Positions 9,241 through 19,486 of a stretch of 64,000 nt of DNA are shown one piece after another. A program made the translations under genes and the position numbers. The DNA is from a virus. Below the pieces are notes generated by a model, which ran no database searches, was not told the DNA's origin, and saw only the letters and a list, made by a program, of their open reading frames with translations. Every line of letters begins with the position of its first letter. Positions within the stretch are counted from its first letter, which is position 1. The DNA is taken from positions 100,393-164,392 of the IMG/VR virus record IMGVR_UViG_3300042539_000280. One strand, written 5' to 3'.

Positions 9241-9654
9241 TCATGCAGCCTTGTAAAGTTTAAGTCCTTTAAGTTTGAAATTGTCCCGCCAGGCATCAAA
9301 CGATGGTCCGTGTCCGACAGGTTCATCATAAATGTATTGGAAATGGTGTATCATTTCATGGGCCAATACCTCAACAAACATTTTCTCATTTTCAAAACTT
9401 TTGCACATGCTTATCTTGGAGGGTTTACCACGTTTCTTACAGTTGTAATAGTATAGTGCATAAACGTCTCCATACTTCTTATGTTTAGATATAAAGATTT
9501 TCTTTACAGGTTCAAGTAGACCACCAAATATTTGTTCATTTAGAATGTGGAACCATTCCCAACAAGCATCAACGGTGGGTTTATATTTCACGTTATCATA
9601 TTGTAGCGACTTGAGTTTTCTCCTATTTTGGTAGTAGTCCGTCAAATGCTTCAT
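9241..9654 (-). CDS. SprT-like zinc metalloprotease
   Basis: VLAHEMIH (HExxH) plus GHG.SF. Confidence 0.8.
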   Translation of the reverse strand: MKHLTDYYQNRRKLKSLQYDNVKYKPTVDACWEWFHILNEQIFGGLLEPVKKIFISKHKKYGDVYALYYYNCKKRGKPSKISMCKSFENEKMFVEVLAHEMIHHFQYIYDEPVGHGPSFDAWRDNFKLKGLKLYKAA

Positions 9655-10054
9655 TCACAAGTGCCTCGGTTAGATATGGTGTTTTTAGATCCTTCTTTAG
9701 CATGTTAGCAAACACTTCGGCCTCTTTTGGTTCAAGTGACTCCAAAATCTGGATAAGGAGTTCTTCTTTACGTTTATCAGTCAATGCCGGAGGCGTTCTA
9801 GGATTACCTTCTTGAAAGAGATATGCCCGCTGCAATGCAGAGGTCATATGATCATATGACATACCTGGTGGTACATGCTCCTTCTTATACTCAGGAACCT
9901 TTACATTGAATTTTACATTAGGATGAAAGACCGCCTGTAGGACATTTCTCAATGCCCAGTTATCATTCTTCCGTAGAACTCCAATACGGTCCTGTTTTGT
10001 CTTGGCGGTTCTAAATTCATCAAGAACCTCATAAATGTTTCTAATAGCCATCAA
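9623..10054 (-). CDS. T4-like conserved hypothetical protein
   Basis: K.E.L.IQ.LE.L.P.EA motif of a T4-like family usually found next to rnh. Confidence 0.65.
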   Translation of the reverse strand: MMAIRNIYEVLDEFRTAKTKQDRIGVLRKNDNWALRNVLQAVFHPNVKFNVKVPEYKKEHVPPGMSYDHMTSALQRAYLFQEGNPRTPPALTDKRKEELLIQILESLEPKEAEVFANMLKKDLKTPYLTEALVNEAFDGLLPK

Positions 10055-10911
10055 AAGTCTCCGATGGACTCAATCATTGCTTTGAGTCCTTTCTGTATAA
10101 AATAGTCAAACATTACCTGTTTAGTGGCAGGTTTGGCATCTTCAAATGCCGTGACAATGCTGGTCTGAACCTCGTTTGGTATATAGTCAAAATCGACTAG
10201 AGTTTGGTTACGCTTGAAACCACGAAGCATAGTATCGGTGGTGCAGAATGCCTCGACATCCTGTCCGATCCACTCCTGTAATTTCTTGCTGCTAATGACC
10301 TTCTGGCGTTCACCAGCGGCGAAGCAATTGTCGGGCGACAGAAAGTTAGGAATCCCATCACCACGATCACCTTTGATAATATGCTCACGCACGAAGGTCT
10401 TGGGATCGTCAATCTTGATGAACCGCTTTAGAATAGGCGAATACTGTGTAACATTAGGATACTTCTGCAACTGGCCAAAGTCCTTGTCAGATGACAGAAT
10501 AAGGACTTCACCATGAGGCGCCAGACGGGCAGCAAGGACGGCAATAACATCGTCCGCTTCCGCACCATGAACGTCAATAACCTTGTAAGGGAAAAATTCT
10601 TTGAGTTCGTCTCTAATCTTGTTTAGGACATCAAAGATCATACCCCAATCATAACCAGAGGACTCACGGTCATGCTTACGCTGGGACTTATAGAAAGGGA
10701 AATAGTCCTTGCGCCAGTAATGTCGATTGTCACAACAAAGCACCACATTAGGATACTTTGACTTGAATTGACGCACATTGGCACGAATAGTATTGATACA
10801 CATATGACGGATTAAGTCCTCATTCAATTCATTGGACTTAGCCACATGCTTTAGGTGTTGCATTAGATTGGAGATTAGTACCTGATTTAGGTCAATCAAC
10901 ATATATGACAT
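10051..10911 (-). CDS. rnh: T4-type RNase H (5'-3' exonuclease)
   Basis: LIDLNQ, WRKDYFPFYK.QR, EADDVI, SSDKDFGQL, GDRGDGIPN. Confidence 0.92.
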   Translation of the reverse strand: MSYMLIDLNQVLISNLMQHLKHVAKSNELNEDLIRHMCINTIRANVRQFKSKYPNVVLCCDNRHYWRKDYFPFYKSQRKHDRESSGYDWGMIFDVLNKIRDELKEFFPYKVIDVHGAEADDVIAVLAARLAPHGEVLILSSDKDFGQLQKYPNVTQYSPILKRFIKIDDPKTFVREHIIKGDRGDGIPNFLSPDNCFAAGERQKVISSKKLQEWIGQDVEAFCTTDTMLRGFKRNQTLVDFDYIPNEVQTSIVTAFEDAKPATKQVMFDYFIQKGLKAMIESIGDF

Positions 10912-10945
10912 TTTATATTCCTTGTTTGATACACTTATGGTATCA

Positions 10946-11338
10946 TCATTCTTCTTCGCTGTCAACCTTTTCCTTGGCGATTTCTTCAATCATTTTGGCA
11001 ATCTGATCCGCAATCTGTTCCTGGGTAAGGCCTTCAATATTTCCTTCCAATAGTTTCACATTGTCGTCAATAAACATATGGAGGTGATGATCAAGACCCA
11101 ATGAACGATAAATGGTGGCACGGAGAGAATCCACGACGAGGACAAAATCTTTGGCAAAGGCCTTATTTTCCACCTCAATGTCATAGTTATCCAGTTCTGT
11201 GAGAAGAAACCCGGCCAGTTCATCAACAACAGAGTCAGCAAACTTTTTGTCCGCTTTCTTGGCCCTCGCCTGATGGATTTCCTCCGGTAGTTCTCGGACT
11301 ACCTTGCTTTTGGGAAACTCGATTACTTTGTCAGTCAT
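10946..11338 (-). CDS. hypothetical protein
   Basis: MTDKVIEFP start typical of T4-like phage ORFs; RBS. Confidence 0.6.
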   Translation of the reverse strand: MTDKVIEFPKSKVVRELPEEIHQARAKKADKKFADSVVDELAGFLLTELDNYDIEVENKAFAKDFVLVVDSLRATIYRSLGLDHHLHMFIDDNVKLLEGNIEGLTQEQIADQIAKMIEEIAKEKVDSEEE

Positions 11339-11453
11339 TTCTTATCCTTGTTCTTTAGATCGTAGAATGTGGCAGCAACTACTATGATCCATGTCATAAT
11401 ACCTACTACCATGCCAAGATATATGCATGTCCATCCAAATGCTTCTGTAGGTG

Positions 11454-12587
11454 TCATTTCAGCACTCTCAAAAGGATTGTATCGACGTTGATACGACCGG
11501 TTGCCTTACTCTCTTTTGTAGTTAGGCATTTCATAATGTTACGCAAGTCTACCTTACCAGCCTTCAAGACCTGTTGGACTTGTTCTTCGGGTTTACGGAG
11601 TTTCTTTGTAATCGAAACTGCCTCGTCAAATCCGATAATCGTAGACCCTCTGACCGAAAGGCCATCACGATCCACGGCATGGTACACAGTAAGATTGCGA
11701 GTTTTAGTATTGAATACCCAAAGTTGCGAAGCACCGATTATTCCTTTCGGGTCGATAGAGGTTAGAGTATCGGCAGAGGCACAGTAGTTCATCTTTGCCA
11801 CCAATACATGAGGCGGCTTGACTTTCTTCTTACGAGGTTTGCGGATTGCCTTGCCGGCTTCCTCAACCTCGTCCATGTGGTCTACAATCTTCTTGATGAA
11901 TAGACCTAGAATTTTAAGAACCGGCTTACGCCATCCACGATACGCTTCCACAAGGTCGGGGTCTTTACCAGCCTGGGCCTCGGTGATTTCTTCGTATTGA
12001 GGACGGAAGTGTTCTGCAATCCTCGACGCAATTTGCGGTTTAATTCCCTTCTCAATGGACCACTTCTTAACATCGAATTGAATAACTCCTTCTTGGAAGA
12101 AAACGTCTGTCTGTTCTTCAAGTTCACCGATTAGTTCGGACGCTTTCGCATTGATGCGATCTTGGATAGAAACAACTTTTTGAACCGGCTGTTCCGCTTC
12201 ATCTTCGGTCGTTTCCACAACATTCGCCGTGAGTTCTCTAATCTTTGTTTCAACCTTTTTCCATACATCATCGGGTAGGTTGGAACCGGTAGCCAGTAAT
12301 CGGCAGTTCCATCCGACGTTATGGAGGTCGATGGCCTTGACCGAAGCCAGTTTTCTAGTAATGTCTTTATCATACTTGATAGACTTTAGGTAGGATATTG
12401 TGAAGTTCTTGGCATCTTCACTGGAATAAAAGTAGTTAAACCAGCTATAAGCAAGTGCCATTTCTGACTGTGTGGAGTCCTCGGTCACAGTGGGTTCCGG
12501 ACCGAGGTACTTTTCGTCTGCAAACTTTGGTCGTCTGACCACTGCCGACTTTCTCACTTTTTTCTCCTTATCCGAAGATTTTTCCAT
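11454..12587 (-). CDS. T4-like conserved hypothetical protein
   Basis: long ORF with SIQDRI, IIGASQLWVFNTK.R, K.LRKP, GRIN motifs. Confidence 0.7.
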   Translation of the reverse strand: MEKSSDKEKKVRKSAVVRRPKFADEKYLGPEPTVTEDSTQSEMALAYSWFNYFYSSEDAKNFTISYLKSIKYDKDITRKLASVKAIDLHNVGWNCRLLATGSNLPDDVWKKVETKIRELTANVVETTEDEAEQPVQKVVSIQDRINAKASELIGELEEQTDVFFQEGVIQFDVKKWSIEKGIKPQIASRIAEHFRPQYEEITEAQAGKDPDLVEAYRGWRKPVLKILGLFIKKIVDHMDEVEEAGKAIRKPRKKKVKPPHVLVAKMNYCASADTLTSIDPKGIIGASQLWVFNTKTRNLTVYHAVDRDGLSVRGSTIIGFDEAVSITKKLRKPEEQVQQVLKAGKVDLRNIMKCLTTKESKATGRINVDTILLRVLK

Positions 12588-12861
12588 AATCCTTAAACTC
12601 GTTGATGACACAAATACCATCCTCTAGGTAATGGTATTCCTGTTCCATTTCTTCGGCATGATCTAATGCCTCATTCAGGGTATGATAGACCTCTGCATCC
12701 TGGAAGATATCACGCATTGCTTCCAGATTGCCTTCCCATTTGAAAGTTTCTTCATTGAACTTTCCATAAATGGAGTCGATGGCCTGGGCATATGCTACAC
12801 GATATTCAGGACCCTTTTCACTCTCCGTTAGGAGAACATAGATGCCATTATCAGCAGACAT
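12568..12861 (-). CDS. hypothetical protein
   Basis: MSADNGIY-start ORF in operon. Confidence 0.6.
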   Translation of the reverse strand: MSADNGIYVLLTESEKGPEYRVAYAQAIDSIYGKFNEETFKWEGNLEAMRDIFQDAEVYHTLNEALDHAEEMEQEYHYLEDGICVINEFKDYGKIFG

Positions 12862-12959
12862 TACTTACCCTTCTTTCCCTTGAGACGGCGTGCCTTACGC
12901 TTGGTCGATCCAATCTTGCGACGACCCTTGCGTGGTCGGTTCTTATGTGGGTGCGGCAT
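12861..12959 (-). CDS. 32-aa highly basic peptide (bS22/mS38-like?)
   Basis: MPHPHKNRPRKGRRKIGSTKRKARRLKGKKGK; GAAGGAG RBS; TAATG coupling to next gene. Confidence 0.6.
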   Translation of the reverse strand: MPHPHKNRPRKGRRKIGSTKRKARRLKGKKGK

Positions 12960-12962
12960 ATT

Positions 12963-13241
12963 CTACTCCTTCAAAAGTTGTTTCACTGAATCATATCGGA
13001 ATGAACGCCATCCACCAGCATCGATATCCCATACCGCTTGGACGTTATCATTCAACTGCCGAGCATTTTGAGGAACTTGTCCGTCATACTCGGAAAGCAT
13101 AGCAGGTTCCACCTGCGGAACATATAGATCGGAAAGAGTGGCCCGCATAGTGCGTTCCGTACCGTCGGCTTTCTCAAAGACTACGGTAACAACCCCATTC
13201 TTTAGATCCTCACGCAAAGCATATTTATCAATCATGGTCAT
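12963..13241 (-). CDS. SH3/WYL-like fold protein (DUF2693-like)
   Basis: VVFEKADGTER.M.ATL ... VWD....WRSFR. Confidence 0.7.
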   Translation of the reverse strand: MTMIDKYALREDLKNGVVTVVFEKADGTERTMRATLSDLYVPQVEPAMLSEYDGQVPQNARQLNDNVQAVWDIDAGGWRSFRYDSVKQLLKE

Positions 13242-13465
13242 TTTCCTTCGTTGAGCAATTTTTCAAGTTCATTATAACCGCCGATGAACACTTTGTCAAC
13301 TGTTATTATAGGAAAAGTTCTGGCGTCTGGGAACATTTCCAAGATGGTGTCACGGTCAAAGTCCTTACCTAACTTATGGACAACGTGTTCTTTTGCCTTG
13401 AGTTTTAGTAGTGTAATTGCCTTGTCGCAAAAGACACATTGGTCTTTAGAATATACTGTAATCAT
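13238..13465 (-). CDS. nrdC: glutaredoxin
   Basis: CVFC active site, TFP, IGGY. Confidence 0.9.
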   Translation of the reverse strand: MITVYSKDQCVFCDKAITLLKLKAKEHVVHKLGKDFDRDTILEMFPDARTFPIITVDKVFIGGYNELEKLLNEGK

Positions 13466-14049
13466 CTAAACGGTGCTCCTGTAATCCAACCGACTAAACT
13501 ATGTCGGGTTCCTTTTGTTGTGGGTGTAACGCTATGAAGAATGTATGAGGGAAAGGCAATCACTGTGCCCTGTTTTCGTGATGCTTTGGTGGGTTCTCCA
13601 CCTAAAAAGAATTGTAGTTCTCCGCCTTCATATTCACTTTCATCAGTCAACTGTATAACGATGGTTAGTTTTCTGACCAGGCCTTTTAGTAACTTGTCGG
13701 TATGTTCACTATAATGTCCTGATGGAGCATTGTATTCTGTAAACTGTAGACCTTCTTGGAAACCCCAAATATCAAAATTGAAACACTTATTGTTGATAGG
13801 TATCACATATGCAGTTATCTTATCAAATAACCAATCAAATTCTTTATTGTCATAGTCAATGAAACAAATCTTGCTATCCCGGATATTCTGATTATATACC
13901 GAATCCTTTTGTTGCTGGATTTCAGCCGTTTCAAGGTATAACTTTTTAGACTGTTCTATGATCCTTTGACATTCTTCGGGACTAAAAACATTATGTGAAA
14001 AGACATAATTTTCCACGCTATCATTCTTACAATAATCAGGTAACATCAC
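13462..14049 (-). CDS. PKHD-type 2OG-Fe(II) oxygenase
   Basis: HTD, RKLT, YEGGEL, FPSYILHSVTP, RHSLVGW. Confidence 0.9.
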   Translation of the reverse strand: MMLPDYCKNDSVENYVFSHNVFSPEECQRIIEQSKKLYLETAEIQQQKDSVYNQNIRDSKICFIDYDNKEFDWLFDKITAYVIPINNKCFNFDIWGFQEGLQFTEYNAPSGHYSEHTDKLLKGLVRKLTIVIQLTDESEYEGGELQFFLGGEPTKASRKQGTVIAFPSYILHSVTPTTKGTRHSLVGWITGAPFR

Positions 14050-14444
14050 TTTCCTTTCACATGAGACTTTCTAACTCTAACCATAATCCATTCGTTATAG
14101 TATTGTTCGGAGATTAGTGCGTCCCTGTCAAACTGTTCTTTAGCTTCATAATACGACGCTTCGCCTTTGCTCTTACATAGACGGATGATTTCTCGTGAAA
14201 ATTTTTCCTTACCGAAGATTTCAACATGCTGGAGAAGTTCTTTATTGCTGCCATAGTAATCTAACCAATCTGAATCCACCTGTTTCTTGACACGTTTCCC
14301 CTTCTTCTTGGCGGTGCGAGTGAATTTGAATAGTTTTTTCCCAACGTATTTACGTCCTGTCGGAAGGCAGGTGATAACGTAAACGAAGGCCTGATAACCT
14401 TCGGGGATTTCGGTGAGGGGTTCGTTGTTATAGGTCCATGTCAT
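14046..14444 (-). CDS. GIY-YIG-like (Seg-type) nuclease domain protein
   Basis: FVYVIT...KYVGKK, DYYGS, YYN. Confidence 0.7.
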   Translation of the reverse strand: MTWTYNNEPLTEIPEGYQAFVYVITCLPTGRKYVGKKLFKFTRTAKKKGKRVKKQVDSDWLDYYGSNKELLQHVEIFGKEKFSREIIRLCKSKGEASYYEAKEQFDRDALISEQYYNEWIMVRVRKSHVKGK

Positions 14445-15016
14445 AGACCTATATAGGTCATTCCTCGTATTCTATTTCAGGTGGATACTTTTCGTTCCAA
14501 ACTTCATCAAATGCTGAGTCTATGTCGAGACATTCTTCCAGGTTCTTGGCATCAAAGTCCTCAAATACTTCTAGTAGAACCTCATATACTTCTTTCCTAT
14601 CATCATATGAAACATCACCTTCTGATAGTCTTTCCAATATCTGTCCTAGAACCTGTGTACCTTGGGCTTTCATTCTTGCTTACCTTTCTTGTTGTAAAAG
14701 TAAGACATATAGGCTTGGAACGAATCAACCATCATTTTGTATCCGATATTGGACGCCATCATAAAATTTCTGTACCACTCATATGAGGTACTCCTGGCCA
14801 GTATGTCTGGGTTTTCTTGTTTCTTTCGTTTGTGTTTCTTTTGTAATAATGTCTTGTCATCAATCATAGTCTCTAAGAATTGTATTCTCTTTTCATTCGC
14901 TTCTTGACAAGAAAGCAAGTAAGGATCAGGACCCATCACCTTTCTTGCTTTTCTCATCTTCTTTGCTATGTGTCTTGCGACATGTAGTTGATCAAGTAAA
15001 ATTTCATCCAGTTCAT

Positions 15017-15382
15017 TCATAAAATTTCCATAGTGAACAATGCACGAGTATAAGTCTCTGGATCATAAGGAATCTTCTGTCTAGCAAAGACAACAAACCC
15101 CATGTCACCAGGCTTCATAACCTCACGCATAGACTTACCAGTTGTCCATACATCATCGACCACAAGACGAATTGGATTCTTTGGATTGCAATACTTTTGC
15201 AAAGCATTAGCTAGTTTGGTACCACCTCTTGGAATGCCATAGACGGAACCAAACTCCGTCTTTTCGCTAATCATCTTAGCAAGACAATCCCAATCTTCGT
15301 CAGTGAGTGCGTCACATTCAATCTTCCATTCTAGTTCATTACCAGCATGGGAGATAAAGTTACCGAGTTGAAATAGGTTCAT
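15017..15382 (-). CDS. type I phosphoribosyltransferase-like protein
   Basis: VYGIPRGG and PRPP-binding LVVDDVWTTGKS. Confidence 0.75.
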   Translation of the reverse strand: MNLFQLGNFISHAGNELEWKIECDALTDEDWDCLAKMISEKTEFGSVYGIPRGGTKLANALQKYCNPKNPIRLVVDDVWTTGKSMREVMKPGDMGFVVFARQKIPYDPETYTRALFTMEIL

Positions 15383-15596
15383 TGTGCTTCTTCCAGTTTC
15401 TTCTTCGCATCAAGAAATTCAATGACATTCTCATACTTGAGTTTTTCAGCATCCTCTTTAGGAAGAAGATCATATATGGGTGATTCCACAATCTGCTTTA
15501 CAAGTTCTTCTCTTGACATATTGATAATGTCACCGAAGAAACGGTTAGCAACGTCTTTGCTAACATAGTTGAGGTCCATTCCTTTCCAAGTCTTTA

Positions 15597-15995
15597 TCAT
15601 GGTACAATCCTAATAGTTGTGTTGGGGTCATGCTTTACAATCTGGTATAGAGTCGCAGCATTAGCAGGATGCAACCGAACACAGCCGTGAGAGGCAGGCC
15701 GACCCAGGTTCCCAATATGTGGAGTAGCATGAATAGCATAACCACCGCTAAAGAAAATAGAATGAGGCATAGGGGCATTGTCGTATTTCTTTGAATAGTG
15801 CATTAGTTGAAGGGAATAAGGATGGAATGTACCAGTGGGAGTATAATATCCTTTACGGGCGGTTGAGACTCGCCACTGGTACGAGCCATAGTCACTATCA
15901 ACCTGCATCATCTGGTGCGACTTGCTAATAGTGATATTGGTTTCTGCGGCAGCGGGTGTAGCGAATAGCATTGCTGCAATAAGTAGTTTCTTCAT
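15597..15995 (-). CDS. exported L,D-transpeptidase (YkuD family)
   Basis: signal peptide MKKLLIAAMLFATPAAA; AIHAT...ASHGCVRL catalytic motif. Confidence 0.9.
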   Translation of the reverse strand: MKKLLIAAMLFATPAAAETNITISKSHQMMQVDSDYGSYQWRVSTARKGYYTPTGTFHPYSLQLMHYSKKYDNAPMPHSIFFSGGYAIHATPHIGNLGRPASHGCVRLHPANAATLYQIVKHDPNTTIRIVP

Positions 15996-16471
15996 TTCAC
16001 TTTCTCCATATATGTAGCACATGACGCTGGTAGTTTATTATCATACTTACAATATGCGGCGATCCAATCTGTAGCGATTGCTTTCTGTGCTTCCTCTAAT
16101 GAGATTTTACCGTCACATACCATTCTATTCAGGTGATGTTCTAATCCGTCTTTGACTCTGGCATTCCATGTTTCAGTATAGAACGATTGAGGCCATAGAT
16201 TCCGCATAGAGTTTGATCCACCAAGTTCTAAACTGATTAGATGATCAACCTCATATTGTCCGGGAACTCTTGTTATACCATATAACTCATAGATATGATC
16301 CTTTTTTGATTGCGAAACATGCCTAACTGTCTTAGTATAACCTACTGTGCAAACTTTGTCAAGACCCACTGGTAAGGTATCACCAGGAGTCATAGCAGGA
16401 TTAGGAAGGATGGGATCTGCTCCCCATGCCAGTGAAGGCACGAGGAGCATTGCTAGGATTAGATTTCGCAT
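15992..16471 (-). CDS. exported HNH-like protein
   Basis: signal peptide; EVDHLISLELGGSN..NLWPQ. Confidence 0.7.
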   Translation of the reverse strand: MRNLILAMLLVPSLAWGADPILPNPAMTPGDTLPVGLDKVCTVGYTKTVRHVSQSKKDHIYELYGITRVPGQYEVDHLISLELGGSNSMRNLWPQSFYTETWNARVKDGLEHHLNRMVCDGKISLEEAQKAIATDWIAAYCKYDNKLPASCATYMEKVK

Positions 16472-18354
16472 CCGCCGGCCGTGCAGGCAAGAGTTTGGAC
16501 ACCTTCAACATTGTCATCCATTTCAACCAATGTATCCCAATCAAGTGATTTAGGAATTGAAGGTAGCATTGCTTCATACAAGTCTTGTGTGATTTCTTCA
16601 TAAGGTGCTTGACGATACGAACCACCGTCATGTGGAAGGAATGATACACCAGACATTTCATCAAAGTGATCATATACCCATGCACCAACTTTCATCCATT
16701 CATCTTCTTTGACGTTGATTGTAACGGATGGCTTATGCTCACACCATGCTTCCTGATAGATAGCCCATAGTTCAAGATGCTTGATTGCGTCGATATCGTC
16801 TCTTACAACTGCACCCTTTGGTGCTTTCATTGGGAAAGAGAACACCGTTGTGGAGTCAGGCTTCATAACGTCTGGCTCCCATGGCACACCCTTGTCCTTC
16901 ATGAATTGGGTGAGAGGATCTTTATTATCAGCACGGACACGGCGGATATAATAATTGGCATGGCGAGGATGAATGCCAGAAGCGGAGTCACAGAGTTGTG
17001 AGACTGTTCCTGATGGTTTGACACAGGTGATGGCTGCTGCTGGGTTGATGCCGAGTGTGTTGGCGAGGTTAGCATTGGTGTTGATCGCATGATCACGGAG
17101 TTCATTTAGTCTCTCCTTTATATTCTTATCATCTGGATTGTTGAATAGTTTGGAGTCATAGATGCCTGTGAGAGAAACACCAAGTAGTCTTTCTTCTTCG
17201 GCGTTCTTAACCCAAATCTTTCTTAGATACGGGAAATCAGTGAGAGTAGACTGGAAAGTACCGAGAATAGTAGCAACCTCAATCTTTTCCTTAATCTGTT
17301 CAATGGTGTCTGTGGCTCTGATAACCACTTCGGTAAGGTTACAAAATCCGTATGGTCTAAGGATAATTTCACTACACGGATTGGTGCCGAATAACTGATC
17401 AGCATTTCTTCTTCCGTTTCTTTTGGCGATTTTCTGACATGCTTCACGACTGAATAAACCTCTCTCTCCTGATTTCGACTCATATAGTGATACCCATTCG
17501 GACATGAATGAACCAATTTCTGGTTTCTCGTTATATACGGCCGAGTTGTTTGATAATGCTCTCTGAGGGTTGGCCTCCCACCATGCACCTGCCTTGGCGT
17601 GGCGCATACGGTCATCTGATAGATTAGATAGACTGATCATAGCAGAACGGCGAACACCACCGACCACCACAACCTCACCGATCTTACACATAATGTCATG
17701 ACATTCAAGTGAGGTAAGACGGCGACCATGTGCGTTACGAAACATCTTTACAACAAACTTAAACAGTTCCGAAAGTGGGCCTGGTCCAGATGAACGGCCA
17801 CCAAATGTCTTTAGAGGAGCACCTGCTGGTCGAACCTTGGTCAGGTCCCACTTTGGAACTTCGCCCGTATAGAGAAGTGCAATAAGCATACGGAGAGCCT
17901 TTGCCCATCCTTCCTTACTGTCTCTAACGACGATTACGGTTTCAGAGTCAAATAGTTTCTCTGGAATTTCTGGTAGTTGATTGATAAACTGGCGTTCAAC
18001 GGAGAATCCTACACCTGTGCCACATAAGAGGATAAACATGGCTTCATCAAAGGCCTTGGGATCATCAATAGGTAGAAACGAACAGTTATAACCACAAGTG
18101 TGGTCACGCATAAGTGCCTTGCCAGATGTCATCAGGGCTCGCATAGAAGGCATGACCTTCATGTCATGAATGTGATCGAATATGCGTTTACGAAGGTCTG
18201 GTGTTATATCGTAACTATGATTTGTATGTAAGTGCATATACATAAAGTCAAGGTAACGATTGATTGTTTCTTCCCAGTTCTCACGGCGATTTTGTTCTGG
18301 TAGATAGCGTGAGTATCTGCTCTTGTAAATAAACTCTTGATATAAACTGTCCAT
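16459..18354 (-). CDS. nrdJ: class II adenosylcobalamin-dependent ribonucleotide reductase
   Basis: YNCS, GGVRRSA, TNPCSEI, CNLTE, VKPSGTVS, C-terminal CTAGGCEI; no beta subunit seen. Confidence 0.92.
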   Translation of the reverse strand: MDSLYQEFIYKSRYSRYLPEQNRRENWEETINRYLDFMYMHLHTNHSYDITPDLRKRIFDHIHDMKVMPSMRALMTSGKALMRDHTCGYNCSFLPIDDPKAFDEAMFILLCGTGVGFSVERQFINQLPEIPEKLFDSETVIVVRDSKEGWAKALRMLIALLYTGEVPKWDLTKVRPAGAPLKTFGGRSSGPGPLSELFKFVVKMFRNAHGRRLTSLECHDIMCKIGEVVVVGGVRRSAMISLSNLSDDRMRHAKAGAWWEANPQRALSNNSAVYNEKPEIGSFMSEWVSLYESKSGERGLFSREACQKIAKRNGRRNADQLFGTNPCSEIILRPYGFCNLTEVVIRATDTIEQIKEKIEVATILGTFQSTLTDFPYLRKIWVKNAEEERLLGVSLTGIYDSKLFNNPDDKNIKERLNELRDHAINTNANLANTLGINPAAAITCVKPSGTVSQLCDSASGIHPRHANYYIRRVRADNKDPLTQFMKDKGVPWEPDVMKPDSTTVFSFPMKAPKGAVVRDDIDAIKHLELWAIYQEAWCEHKPSVTINVKEDEWMKVGAWVYDHFDEMSGVSFLPHDGGSYRQAPYEEITQDLYEAMLPSIPKSLDWDTLVEMDDNVEGVQTLACTAGGCEI

Positions 18355-18528
18355 TCTTACTTCCTCTTTAAAAATCTTCTATGATTTCAAACTCAACGTC
18401 TTTGTATTTGTTCTTAAAGTATTCTGTATATCTAACGACGGCCACCCTTGATAGTTTGTTTCGTCTGATTTGTTTGTTTTCACCTTGTTCATCAACATAT
18501 TTGATAAGCATATGGTAGGTGTTTATTT

Positions 18529-19287
18529 TCATGACCAGAACTTCCAATGCCATGACTTATGAAAAGCCTTATCAATCGCTTCTTGAGCATCAAATTCAGG
18601 TTCTGGGAACCAATACTCACGCAATGACGGGAAGTGTTTTAGTATCTCTTCCTGTGCAGCAAGAGCAACCTGACGGTGTTCTTTCTGTGTGCCTTCTTCG
18701 GATCTAACGTCAATGTAATGAATCCAAGAACGAAGCGTCCCTGACATATATAGACGGGTTGTGGTTAGACCTTCTGGAAGAATTGCTCTGGCTTGTTCTT
18801 TGGCAATGCCCCATTTGATAGCATCCTCATAAAAGATTTTAGCAACCTTTGTAACACTATCTTGATTGTTTTTCCATCGCCATTCCAAATCTTCATCATC
18901 AGTCTCAATACTATTCTGACGGTTCTTAGCATCCTGTAGTCTTGCCTCTCTCGTTACAAACTGCATGTCCTTAGTTGGGTCAGCATAACGCTGGCTAAAC
19001 TCCTGAAAAGAGAATGAACGATGGCGAATGATCTGGTGAGAGATATCACGAGTTGTATTGATTTCCATTGTGATAGAAACCATCTCAAAAGGGCTCCAGT
19101 GGCGATGTTCAATCAGATACTTGAGGAGTTTAGGTGCGGTTAGATTGTTATTCTGATTGCCTGGATTCGATACTCTGGCGGTATATGCGATAAATTCTTC
19201 TGGAGTCTTATAGATAATGTTTTCTGCCATATCTATATGATCCATAATAAGCGGCTGTGTTACTGCAATAATCTTAGCATCGTTCAT
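18529..19287 (-). CDS. thyX: FAD-dependent thymidylate synthase
   Basis: HWSPFE, RHRSFSFQEFSQRY, EQARAILP. Confidence 0.95.
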   Translation of the reverse strand: MNDAKIIAVTQPLIMDHIDMAENIIYKTPEEFIAYTARVSNPGNQNNNLTAPKLLKYLIEHRHWSPFEMVSITMEINTTRDISHQIIRHRSFSFQEFSQRYADPTKDMQFVTREARLQDAKNRQNSIETDDEDLEWRWKNNQDSVTKVAKIFYEDAIKWGIAKEQARAILPEGLTTTRLYMSGTLRSWIHYIDVRSEEGTQKEHRQVALAAQEEILKHFPSLREYWFPEPEFDAQEAIDKAFHKSWHWKFWS

Positions 19288-19486
19288 TGTGCTTCCTCAA
19301 TCATTTTGATAACTTCTTTTACACTTTCTTCCACATGCCATGTATTACCTGCACCAAAAATTATTGTTCTTAGTGAACCACCATCCGTTGGTCTCTCATA
19401 AACAGAAACGATATGATCTCTATTGATATAAATTGGCATGTCTAAAGTTTCATGTGAGGATATATTAGTAAATCTCAACATCTTTG

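Noticed and set aside
15017-15382. PRTase plus HIGH nucleotidyltransferase as a NAD+ reconstitution (NARP) pathway
   Set aside because: The PRTase is a short orotate-PRT-like domain, no Nampt/Namat-like gene is visible in the window, and the two genes are not linked
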